NCBI RefSeq assembly: GCF_025526975.1
Contig: NW_026515702.1
Coordinates: 124,001 to 188,000, forward strand
DNA length: 64,000 bases
Direction of reading: 5' to 3'
Source of the DNA: Fimicolochytrium jonesii
Lineage: Eukaryota
In this document: piece by piece, positions 12,584 through 23,876 of the stretch
Position numbering within the stretch: position 1 is the stretch's first letter
Layout of the letters: each line of letters begins with the position of its first letter
Notes under the pieces: model-generated
Told to the model about the DNA's origin: nothing
Databases searched by the model: none
Seen by the model: only the letters and a program-made list of their open reading frames with translations
Program-made: the position numbers and the translations under genes

Positions 12584-14322
12584 CTTGATCTCAATTTGTT
12601 CAGTGGCAGCGTGCTGGGCTGGCTGTGACTGGTGTGATTGCAGTGTTGCTGATGACGGGCGTGCTGATGCTGATGGTGGAACGAGCAGAGACTGAAGGAG
12701 GGTTGATGATGATTGGTGCGGCTTTGTGTTTTGCAACCAACAGATGTGTCCACTTGCACGCCCTTTTTGTAATTGATGGATCCTTTCTTTTGCATGCAAG
12801 CAGACTGCTCAATCACCTTCAGCTGCTCCACGTTGATATGAGAGATGGCCCTTTTTGGGTGTGTGCAGGCAACGCTTCGATACCAGTTTCGCATCTTATC
12901 CACGAATCGTCTGTGGTTACACTCTGAAATCGGTTTGACGCCATGTCCTCCGAGTTCCCAGTCAAGCTTTCAGAATGGTCCCGAAACTTGTCTTCCCGCT
13001 TCCGGCGTCCGCGAGCAAGGCCTTCCATTGTCATTGACCATTTTCGAGACCCTTCTTGAGCACCAATACAGTCTCTCAATCCCCTTTCTCTGATGGTCAC
13101 CCGAGATGACGAGCGAGACATTGTCCACGATGTATCGGTGTTGTGTCAGGGGAAGGTCCCGACGGCTGGGCGAGGATGTGGTAACCCAACCGGCGATCTT
13201 GCTGTTCTTGATTTGTTGGCGTGTGCATTTGGCGTTTATGATCCTTGCTTTTGCCTGGACGCTTAACAATAGAGCTTGGTCCGGACCAAGCCGCATGGCG
13301 TGATACATCACTGCCCGGCGGCAACCTGCAACGGTCTGACATCGACCTCCGGTTGTTGTGAATTATCCCGGGTCACTTTAGAAGTCCCACTTCTGGAAAC
13401 TCATCGAAAGATGGCTTCGCCCAATTGCCGCGGGCTCTTCGCTTCATGGAGGCTTTTGAAGGTGACGATAGGGCATTTGTGGTCGTTGCGGTACAGAGTG
13501 TAGAGCTTCACGTCTCCAATCTTGCAGCATTTACGTCGATTGTTTTCCTCCCACTCCTGGTCGACAGTGTCTCTTGTCGACGAAGCCTTCCAGGCCGCTT
13601 GGAACCTCTGCGTTTGATCTTTGCTGCGCCTATCGACGTTCGCCTGCCAATTGAGGGCCGTGGCGGCGGAAGGATCGTGATTGATGTAGTAACCGAGGGC
13701 TTTTAAGGGCGATCCCGCAACCTTGGTTCGGATCCAGAACGTAGCACCCCCTGAAATACTTCCAGAGGTGAAAGGAGGACCACGCTCGTCATTGTAGTTG
13801 GTGCGCATTCGATCAGTTTGCTCCTAGTCACCGATTCAATTCACATTGTGTTTCTCCAGTCGGATGTGTGTTCTTCAATCTAAGGGTCGGGCGTCAACGT
13901 TAGGCTGCCAGATGGCCCGGCGTGAGCCTCAAGTTGCCGTCGCAACTCCATGGTCGTCGCAATCGCTTCTCGAAGCTCTTCGTTCTTTTCCCGCATTTTG
14001 ATTTGTGCATCGTTCAGTTTCAGGTCTCTTTCCTGTAGGCATCGTTCTAATACGGTTCTATGTGCCTTCCGGCTCTTCGCCCGCTCTAATGCCTCGTGCT
14101 CCGGTGTCTCAGCAGAGAAACCCCTCCGGCAGTTCCTACGTCGCTTGCGCAAGGTTGCGGTCTCTTTGATCAGCTCCAAGATTCGGATCCATCCCTTGCC
14201 CCGTTTCCTGCGAAGCCTCGGTGTCCCATGTCCCATCGGACTAGTAATGTGGTCCTCAACGGACTAGTAATGCCGCTAGTGGTGTGATCGGTTAAGCGAG
14301 AAAAAGGCACTGTCGTTGACTC

Positions 14323-14751
14323 GTGGGCATCTTTGCGGTAGACACGGAACGCAGATGGGCCAGGTCGATTTCGAACCAGCCCGCTGCGGTGAACGACCTG
14401 CCATGGAAAATCCACTTCGATCATGGCATACCCCTGGTCTCCAAAGACGATATCCAAGTCCCCTTTAATGTTGGTCCGATGTCGTACCCATATTTGGAAG
14501 CTTTCCTAAAGGGCTACCCTGGTCAATTTGTTCGGCCAGCGCCCAGTCTTCCCTTGATTCCGCTGCACGCCGCGGTATCACTCTCCTGCAATACCGCCCC
14601 GGCTGCATGCGCCACAAAGAACACAGACATCCAATTCGATATTGCAAAGGAGGTATGTAGCAAAGCGCACGTTCCTAGACTTCGCTCAGCTATCACGCTC
14701 GTCGGTATCTCAAGACACACCGCAAACACTGACCACAACAGCACCGTCTGA
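14323..14751 (+). pseudogene. Small beta-rich orphan ORF or relic, paralogous to 11118-11484
   Basis: Local amino-acid and codon-level similarity to the 11.3-kb relic. Confidence 0.4.
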
Positions 14752-17286
14752 GCGGCTAGAGCCCCCACGAGCATCCCCACAGAACCGGTGCGGCAGCTCC
14801 CGCTGGTAGACCAATGACGGAGCTCTCCCACTCTTACACCCAAAGCAGTTCCTCCCACAGAGCTTGGTGTTCTCTTCCTGGCGGTCAAGGACACCAGAGT
14901 TCCTGTCCACCACGCCTACCAACTCTCCGACTGTTCTGTAGCTGATGGATGGTGTCGGCTGCGGCCAAAAGAGTCTCCGGAAAATGTTGTGTTGGGGCAC
15001 AATACCGATGCTCCGCTGGCACGGGATTGGATCAAAGGGGCCTCTTTGATGGCGCTTTCCGAGACTGAGATACGGCCAAGTTGATGGACTTGGGCCATCA
15101 GCCCCACGCACTGCTGGCGCCTTCCAGCGAATGGCGCGTATGTGCAATTGTAGCCTTTTTTCAAAGTGTACAAGATGCGGCCCAACTGGCTACATTCCGG
15201 AGTGGAATGCTCCATCATTTCTTTCAAAGTGGCGAGATCATCTCGCCCGGTATAAACTCGGTGATGTGAATTTGAAGGCGTGTTGGAGCAGCCGAGGGCG
15301 GTTGTGTTCGCGAACGTATTGACGGAAGCTTTGTCTACGAAAACCGGTGGCATCGCTTTGCTCCTTGCCCGCGGTGAGGACGCATGAGTCATTGAGGGGG
15401 TGCCCACTCACGGCTCAAGAGCGGGCCATGCAATAAGTGGGTGGTGGTGGTCACCCACCATATTCTGACGGTGAAACCGGCGTTGCAGTCTAGCAACCAA
15501 GATACCCTTTGCTCTGGGCGGCGCGCTAGCATCGAGCCCCGCTTTACTTTCACGGTGCCGGGCCAGTTTCTCGCTCAAGGCGCTCAAGGCGATGAGACAG
15601 TGCTAGCTGTTTACTGGATGCGGAGTTTGCGCGTCTGCAAGTCGGCATCGAACGGAGACTCAAAAAACCAAGCGGTTGTCGTCGGTATCATCCTCTTTCC
15701 TCTGGCTCCATCTTTGGCCAATCCTTGGCATCCTCCACCTCCCACACCTGATCCCTGGGTTTCTGCCGCAACCAACCTCGGGTCCACCGGTCCATCTTGC
15801 ACTGATCCCATGCCCGTCTCCCACGTGCCCGTTCTCTGCACGACAGTTGATCCTGCAGGAAGAGGGCGTAGACCCTGCTCGAAGGCAGATGTCACCAGTT
15901 TTCCGCTGTTCGCGGGGCCGACTGTATTTACAGGAGCAGCTATGGTGCACTCCCCCTGCCTCCCGGCCACCCGTTGGGGCAGCTGGGCAAAGGCGCTTTG
16001 GCACTTCCTTTATGTGCATTCTGCCCGTGTTGAGGCCTTCTCATCCAGCATGTGCTTCATGACGTTGACCCTGGATACATTCTCGACATCATCTGACCAT
16101 ACATGCATATCCGTCGGAAGCAAGCTTGTTGGTTGACTGGTGTTAGGGACTAACAAGGCAACCTGTGGCCATAGTAAAAGGAAGTGTGAAGTATGCTGTG
16201 TGCGTGGACATGCAGAAACAAATGGACTTACACCGGACGACACATCAAAAATGCTCTTCCCCATTCAGTTTCAGTTTTTGTGCTGGCCCGGCGCAGGATA
16301 GGGGTTCCCGTGCGAGCAGTGGCAACTGGGGCCGTTCCCGCAGCGGGAGTACTGGCTGCCGTAGTGGTGGGGCCGGCAGCACCTGCACTGGTAGGAACTG
16401 GTGTCGCAGTGACGGAAGCGGGAGTCGTCTCCGCAGCGGAAGTACCAGCTGTCGCAGTGGTGGGCAACCTTCCTTCGACTGTGACGCCCGCGATAGCTCG
16501 TCCATCGCCAACAAGCCCACCCAGCCACCGACAGCATGGCGATCGTTATTTCCGTCTGACATCTTGTGCTTTGCTGGAAGGCAACCTTCCTTCTCCTTCC
16601 TAGCCAGCTGGAGAAGCATTGCAAAGTGTGTTTGGAAAGTGCCAATCTTACGGAAATGAAGAATGGTGTTTGCTGTACCACGTCTCGAACCCGGCGCAGG
16701 CGCTCCAGTGGTGGGTGCCCTTGCAAGCGGATCGGCCGTTGTTGACGACGGTGTGCGGCGGATATAGAATTCTCCTCTGGCATGGCGACAATGCTCCATT
16801 CGTTTGCCGCCAGAATGCTTCCGTCAATAAGGCCTCGGACTGCCTCGGAAGACTGCCGATGACGTACCCCTCCTGCCCAACCTCAGTGTAATTCAGCCCT
16901 GGATTCAGCCTGCGTGTATGTACTGTACATAACATACCAGGTCTGGAAGAACGTGTTGAGCTCCAAGGTATCGTTGGTGATACTCGATATTTCCTTCGTC
17001 GGCCCCATGCAATTTGCCATTGCAAAATATCCCTGACTTCCACTAGGGGCAGTCGCGACAGGAAAAGCGGGCATGTAGCCTATTCAGGCCTATTCCGCAA
17101 CGCCTCCTTCGCCTCCTTGCCCCGGCGCCTCATAAACCTGCGTAAGCTGAGTCGAGCCGTCTGTTCTGTCCGTTAGAAGCGCTTCACCCTTTCCCTCGCA
17201 TCGAGTCTTCGCGACAAGATGAGAATTATCATGGAGGATATCGTTAGCTACATAGGCGCCATCAGTCAGCTCTAAAAGCAGAAGGG

Positions 17287-18243
17287 TTGAGAGCTTGTAT
17301 CGCGGACGAAGACCGGTTGACATTCGAGATTCGGGGCCCGTATGCACTCATGGATAGAGTGTTGGATCGTTCCGTTGGAGCGAACATCGTTTCTTCAAGC
17401 AAACTTGCGCTTTTCGACTACCTTCGCCCATTGATTGACGAGAGCGTTCTGGACTTGTTTCGGGATCGAATACCAGAGGAAATGGTGGGCCGGAACACCA
17501 ACTCCCAATGGGCGCTATTCATGATACGCTATAGCAGGAAGTGGGCCAAGGTCGTAGGAGGTTCCGCACTGGCGGCGGAAGTGTCGTCTCCGGGCCAGAC
17601 CGGAACCTCCTTCAACCTTCACCATGCGGTATCAGCCAATGGATCACTCCTATCGCAAGTCCCCATAGACGACGCTGCGCGACGGTTCGCGGACTTGCAA
17701 GCGCGTTATGCTGACGACCACATCGTCGTCATGCACGCTACTAGATTGCGGTCTTTGGGGAGATTCTCGCATATCGGTGTGAGACTCCGAATGTGTCAAC
17801 CAAGCAGCGAATTTTCCACCCTTGGGGCGTTTTATGCGACACCACATCCCGATTTTGCATTAAGCTGGGTGCGTCGGAATCTCGGAGGAGACTGCGCGCT
17901 GCTGGTCTTTGTATCTCCAGAGACGTTCTTTGCCGGATTGCGCATGCACGTATTCCCGGAACCCAACGAGAACTAAAAACAGTTCTGCCACGACAATTTC
18001 CACAACGACCCCCATCGAAATGATCCACCCCATTACTGATGCGAACAACGTCAGTTTCGGCCCCATTTGTCGCTTTCGAACGTCACCCGAAGATTCGGCC
18101 ATCGCGCTCAGCTGCTGGGTCGCCGGCGCCTTGTCGATTTCGCCGCCGCCCGGGGGCCTTGCTTCCAGTATGCCTTCTTGAACGAGACCGCGACCGACCC
18201 GTTGCGTGCATTCTGGGCGGAGACATGGCAGTTGGATATTTAG
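17287..18243 (+). pseudogene. DUF3990-like / ADP-ribosyltransferase-fold gene, disrupted
   Basis: Ordered motifs VMHAT (17728-17742), EFSTLGAFYATP..FALSW, LLVF, VFPEPNEN*KQFC, then after frameshifts VSFGPIC and QYAFLNE. This order matches my recollection of the DUF3990 pattern. Confidence 0.6.
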
Positions 18244-18716
18244 GCTGCTAACCTTGATCTGGGGCAGCCCGCGCGTGTTGTGATGTTGTTCCCTGAATCA
18301 ACATCTTGGTTCCTTGCTCAATAAGAACGAATCTCTCATTCAGAGCCTCTACAGCGGATGCGGGGGCAGTCCTATCATCTGCGTCGTGTCATCGGTGTCT
18401 GGCATTGGTTTGCGACCCTACCTCGGCCCAGGAGAATGCTTGCCTGTCTCTGTGAAAGGAAGGCAAGTTGATTTTGTCAGTGATGTTAGCCACAGTAGCC
18501 AATGACAGAGATTCCGAATCCATCAGACCCTCACCTCGGGTGTTGCCGTTGGTTGCCTGTCCCCAAAGAACGGAGGCGCTATACCTTACATGTCCTCAAC
18601 CCGTTCACCTGAACCACTTGCGTAGTAAGCACATCAATGGGAATGCGTACGATGTTCCTGAGATGAGCAGCAAAATAAGTCATCCTGCTGTGCGGACTGC
18701 GAACGGCAGAACGTCT

Positions 18717-18819
18717 CATTCACGCAGGGAGACTCAGTGTCGTACCACACATCTCTCGGTGCAACGGTACAAACACGAGAGATGTGTGGGGTACGACACT
18801 GAGTCTCTGTGCGTGAATG
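18717..18819. repeat. Long near-perfect inverted repeat (about 45-bp arms, 12-nt loop)
   Basis: CATTCACGCAGGGAGACTCAGTGTCGTACCACACATCTCTCGGTG pairs with CACGAGAGATGTGTGGGGTACGACACTGAGTCTCTGTGCGTGAATG. Confidence 0.93.
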
Positions 18820-18884
18820 TTTGAAAGCCGTTGGCGCCTAGTACGACAGGCCTGCGGAGATCAGGTTCGGCGAAAAGAAAACCG

Positions 18885-19830
18885 CCGCTGGCAAATGTGG
18901 CGCCGAGTTCCGCGTTCCTGAGAATCAGGCACCAACGAGTTTTGCAGCCTCTTCCAGCAACACAAAGGTACTCGTTGCAACGCGCATCTCGCGCATCAAA
19001 GTCTAGATTGGCAATAGTCTCCGGGTTGTTTCGAATAACCGTGCCAAAGACGTGAGCAAAATGTTGCTGAACGGGGGTAGTGAAGGTTGTTTGTGGGATG
19101 TCTTCATCTATTGCGACCATCATCTCCATATGAACCGCCACGTCAATCGGCTTCCGGTCCAGTGGGTTCGTTGCAAATTCACCGTCCGTCGCTCGGTAGC
19201 TGAGGATCGTGTCGACAGCGGCCTTCTTGACCTGCCTGCGCTCGTATCGCTCCAGAGCCGCAAAGCAGGGATTGTGCTTACCAAGGAGCATGATTGCCCT
19301 GGTTGTATAGACCACGACAGTGTTCCAGTGGTAGTGCCACGAGCCATCCCCGGACTTGGCATGGTACATCTGGGACACAAATCCCCCAAGGATTCGTCCG
19401 CTCAACCGTTCTTCCTTCGGCTGGACAAAGGTTTGGAGGCGGCATTCCACATTGTATGCCAATGTCAAGTATTGGGTGAAAATGGCTTCGGTCTCCTTGT
19501 GATTATGATGGGTCGCTGGGCTGTGCGATGCTCGGGATATCGCTGATTGCTGCTCTCTCGGGGATTTGAAGGAGGGCCGCAGAATCTGAGTGGCCGCCTG
19601 CAATGAGACCACCTTATCCGGTCCCCAGGTGGAAAACTCAATGCCTTTGACAGTGCATGCGTCTTTTGTCATTCCAGACTTCAAGACGGCCCACATTGTC
19701 GTGAACTGGAATGCCATCGTCGAAGCTGCCTTTGAAGCGGTAGAGATCGGTCTCCTCGACGCTAGCCAAAGTGAGGCAGGTACAGACTGGGACTTCAACT
19801 GTGCGGTTGGGTGATTGGGCGATTGGGCGC
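18885..19830 (-). pseudogene. Scrambled fragments of a paralog of the 20200-23629 gene, mixed with unrelated coding sequence
   Basis: 18968-19097 is the reverse complement of about 21421-21540. 18885-18966 is the reverse complement of about 22229-22309. About 19667-19728 is a direct copy of about 20626-20687. About 19794-19830 is an inverted copy of about 20565-20590. Confidence 0.88.
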
Positions 19831-20199
19831 CAGCCAACAACGGTATCTGGTGTGGGTTGGAGAAGGTTGGCACGCGTGGGTCAGGAGTTCAACTCCCACT
19901 CCCAGTGCTGTGAATCTTCTTCGTTCGAGTGGTGAGGCTGCCTGCATTGGGGCGGCCTCCACGGGATCGTGCCCATCGAAACCACACTCATTTATGCCTG
20001 ACTTGGGCGTTTGCTCCATTTTGTTATACTTTGCGTGAATTAATCTTACGTACCAGAACCTCGCGTGTCTCGGCACGAGACTGCGACGCGTCTCGGGCAA
20101 GATGGATTGTCACGGCTCTTGAGCTTTGACGGAGTTTGACCTGTCCAAAAAGTCCAGCAGTTCCCAACATCTTGCCACCCATCACCATCACCATCCACA

Positions 20200-23100
20200 A
20201 TGTCATCCCAACCGCCTTCTCAGGAAGAACTTCAGCGCCTCATAGGCGCTCCACCTCTTCGTAGCCGAGCGTCTGGGCTCAGCCTGCGCTCCGTCAGCAA
20301 GCGCGTTTTTGACGCCATCTCACCCATCTCACCCTCCGACGCGGCTGCCGAAATCGACGCCGCTAGACAGGCCAGCATCCGCTACCGTTTTACCGAAGGA
20401 GAAGCTAGTGGTGAAGCCGCTGTTGCGCCAGCTGCGGAGTCGGTGACGGAACCACCTGCACAACCCGAGGCAGGGGCCAGTCAGCGAATTGGAAGACGTG
20501 CCAGCTTCGCCGAGTACGCCAACTTCCTTCGCACCCGCTATTCCCATCCGTTCACCCCAACGGTCCCTCCACCCAATCGCGCAGTTGAAGCACAGGCCGA
20601 GGCTTTCAAGAAGCTCGCTCAGAGTGTCATCGCCGACTTCAAGGCCGCACACATTGTCGTGGACTGGAATGCTGTCGTCGAAGCTGTCAGCCGCGTCTTG
20701 CCCATTGCAGCAATGTACCCAACAGCCGCGCAGATCCTCCTCGAAGGCATTGAGAACCATCAGAGCTGGTCGGCCTCAACGGAAGCATTGACTCCCCTTT
20801 TTGGACTTGTCGATACCAGTCTCACTTCCTACACTTTTCCTGAGAATGCTGTGGGATTCTACGTCCGAACCCGAGCCCTTACCGTCGGCGATTTGGAGCT
20901 TGTGATTGACCTCTTTGAGAAGAATTTCCATCACCGCGGCTTTGTGGACAAAATGAGGGAGCTTATTGCTGAAGCGCTGCAACAAGGCAAAGGCACCATC
21001 TACCTCCGCTACGTTGGGACCTGCCAGTCACCAACAACACCCAATACCAGATTGGAAGACGACGTTTCGACCGCTACCGCGCTCTTTGGGAAGATTCACG
21101 TGTGCATCGAGACCATTGCTGCAGAAGGGGAACTAGAAAGCACTGCCGGATGGTCCATTCACGAGTTTGTACCTGCGCGCCTCACCTCGACCAGCACAGA
21201 CCCGCTCAACGACCTCTACACCGAGAGAGTCTTGATCTCGCTGTTTGGATACAGTAACCTCATCAATGTCCAGAGGGGGGGGTTCTATCCCTCATATCAA
21301 CCGACAACGGCAGACCAGCATCTATTCCAATCGCTGGGAACCGGCGTCGGTCAGATATTGTCCCAGTCATCCCTCCTGAATGATGCCTGGTACAGTGTGA
21401 CACTCTTGCGGAAGGACCCGCCGCAAACAACGTTCACTACCGCCATTCAGCAACATTTTGCCCACGTCTTTGACACGGTGATTCGAAACAACCCGGAGAC
21501 GATTGCCAATCTAGACTTTGATGCGCGATGCAACGAGTACTTGCGCAAAAGCACTGTGCTTCAGGTATGTCAGTGGTTTGGCACCGGCTTGAGTCACGTC
21601 TATCGGTGCCAAAAGTAACAACATTCCTTATGTCCCGCAGGCAACTCCTTGGACTACTCCTGTGAGAGGAAATGGAACTCTCTGCGTGCTCGTTGGGAAA
21701 GACCTACCCTTTGAGGCCTCAACGCATCTGGGAGATGTGAGGTTTTTATTCGGCCCGTCAAGGGCTGGATCTCTCGCCAGATCTATGTTGCTGAATCTGC
21801 TCGAGTGGGAAGGGTTGGGCAGTGCCGCCGCCCAAAGAATCCTTGATTTGCTGCGGTTCGTGGACCTATGCCCCTGGCTTGTGCTGATACTAGCACTGAA
21901 AGCAGCCGATCTCCTCAGCCAATACCTCACCACAGTGTCCCCATGGGTCACTATCGCCTTCTCGTCCCTGGTATCCCGGACACTCATGAAAGGCTTTCAA
22001 TTCTTTGGGGATCTTACCGGACAACGGGCAAAAACAACCTTGTTAGAAGTCGTTGGCACCATCCACGTTACTTCGTTCGACAATCAATGGCTAGAAGATC
22101 CCACGGCCAGCGAAGCCCCTGACTCCTCCTACACGGTAGTTATCTCACACTACCACCCAGGCCGCAACAAATACGGTGAACAGCATTCCACTCTTCGCCG
22201 TGTTCTTCTTCTCACTTGGATGGCTACGTTTGTGTTGCTGGAAGAGGCCGCAAAGCTCGTTGGTGCTGATTCTCAGGAAGGCGGAACTCGGCGCCAGATT
22301 TGCCAGCGGATCAAGGCAAATACCGATGTCAGATTGGCAGCTAGCGGGTTCACGGCAGCTTTTGCGACGGCAAAGAAGGAGTTTGCGCAACGCCTAGCAG
22401 AACACGCTGCTGCAACCGTTGGAAGAGTCACACCACTCACCGAAGATGCACGCGCTCTCCGCCGTGCACGCCGTGCCCTTAACCGAGCTCTCAGTCATTC
22501 ATCATTTTTCGCTGTCGGAGCACCGGGGTCGCAGGCACGCCAACAGCAACTCGAGGCAATCTATGCCAAACGCCGTCCTGAATTCGGATTGTATGTCCCC
22601 TACATCCCGAAAGAGCAGTGGATGGCATGGATGAATGGGCGCGCGGCAGGGACATCCTACATCACCGCAACAATCGGAGCTGTAGCTGCGGCGCAAGCAT
22701 CTACTGCTCCTATGGACATCTTCGTTCGTTCCCTTGGCTTGGACCCTTCCTCGGCAACCCCAGTCCAGATTACGGCGGAAATGGATAAGCGTCAGATCGC
22801 CCTTCAACAAGCACGTAGCGCGTCACCGAGGTTCCAGCGAGCCCAGCAAACGCGGATGCTCACCCGGCATGGGCGGGATGCAGAGGCCGTCTTAGCCGCC
22901 TCGGAATTGCCCCTCCAGGGCCAGCAGGTCTCCTTACATCCTCGCGCAATCAGCTTCTATGGCAAAGTCGACGGCGAGAAAAGCGTGCGAATGCAAATCA
23001 ACGTCGGCCAAAGCATACTCACCCGCAACCCTCGCTTGGACTTTCGCCTTGGGGGCATTGGTCTTCTTGCCGAGGACGATGGTGCTGACCTCGGGATCGT

Positions 23101-23629
23101 TGCATCCGTTGAGAACATGCCGTTCATGCAAGGCCATGGTCACAATCTGCTGAAGGTCTGGCAGAAGGAGCTGGAGCGCATCCTTGGCCGTCCGCTGCGT
23201 CCACATGAGCTGCCCCACCTTTCGGAAGCTGGACAACAACTGGATCCACATCTTCCTACTTGGGCCGCTCGAAGGACAAAGTATCCCATCAAGCCCGTTC
23301 TGCAAACTACCGCAATCTGGCTTTTTCGGCAATGGCTAGACAGTGCTTTCCCCGATGACGTCAATCTCCTCTACTTCCACTGGAAGGATCAAAACTTGCC
23401 CTTCACGGCCGACTTCCCTGCCTGGATCGATCAGCAGTACCCGCTGCATCCTTGGGCGAACTGGTGGAAGAATTTCATGGCCCGCACAAAGTCAACCAAT
23501 GTGGCCAAAGGATGCATCACCGCTTTGCGTGGGAAAATCAAAGCGGGCCTCCAGTACCGGGTTGATGCAGATACAATGGGCCGCATCTGGGAATTCGGGG
23601 CACCTCGCGTTGATGATTTGCTTGATTGA
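20200..23629 (+). CDS. About 1117-aa uncharacterised protein: putative LEM-3/ANKLE1-type GIY-YIG nuclease domain plus UDG-like domain (exons 20200-21564, 21641-23629)
   Basis: Intact frame across a phase-0 GTATGT...CAG intron. GIY-YIG-like motifs GTIYLRYVG, TRL, ERVLISLFG..LINVQRGG. UDG-like motifs VLVGKDLP, FGPSRAGSLARSML, YLTTVSPWVTIAFS, VISHYHPG. The CDS call is firm; the domain calls are tentative. Confidence 0.75.
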
Positions 23630-23650
23630 GTGATGGCGTATGCTTTGTGT

Positions 23651-23688
23651 TGTCGTACGTAGGTTAGTCTGTCGTACGTAGGTTAGTC
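23651..23688. repeat. Perfect 19-bp tandem duplication TGTCGTACGTAGGTTAGTC
   Basis: Copies at 23651-23669 and 23670-23688. Confidence 0.9.
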
Positions 23689-23804
23689 TAGTCCCCGTAG
23701 GTAGTTCCTCCACTCCCTGCAACTTGTAGTCCTTCGTCGTGCTTGTTTGAAATGTCGTTTTATTATGTCGTTTTGTTTTTTGTTCACCGTGAGGAATTTA
23801 ATTC

Positions 23805-23876
23805 GCGGCAATGGTCTAGTGGTATGATTCCTGCTTCGGGTGCAGGAGGTCCCGAGTTCAAACCTCGGTTGCCGCC
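23805..23876 (+). tRNA. tRNA-Pro (CGG)
   Basis: Acceptor stem GCGGCAA/TTGCCGC; anticodon stem-loop CCTGC-TTCGGGT-GCAGG; T-loop GTTCAAA; T-rich terminator downstream. Confidence 0.96.

Noticed and set aside
14900..17080. Minus-strand Thr/Ala-rich and other ORF fragments as a defined gene
   Set aside because: Possibly a decayed spliced gene, but I found no consistent frame or recognisable domain.
17974..17976. Programmed stop readthrough or alternative genetic code in accessory ORFs
   Set aside because: The same genes also carry frameshifts, and core genes use TAA, TAG and TGA as stops; decay is the simpler explanation.
9030..23700. Calling the block a Starship, Helitron or LTR element
   Set aside because: I recognised no tyrosine recombinase, Rep/helicase, RT, integrase, terminal repeats or target-site duplication.
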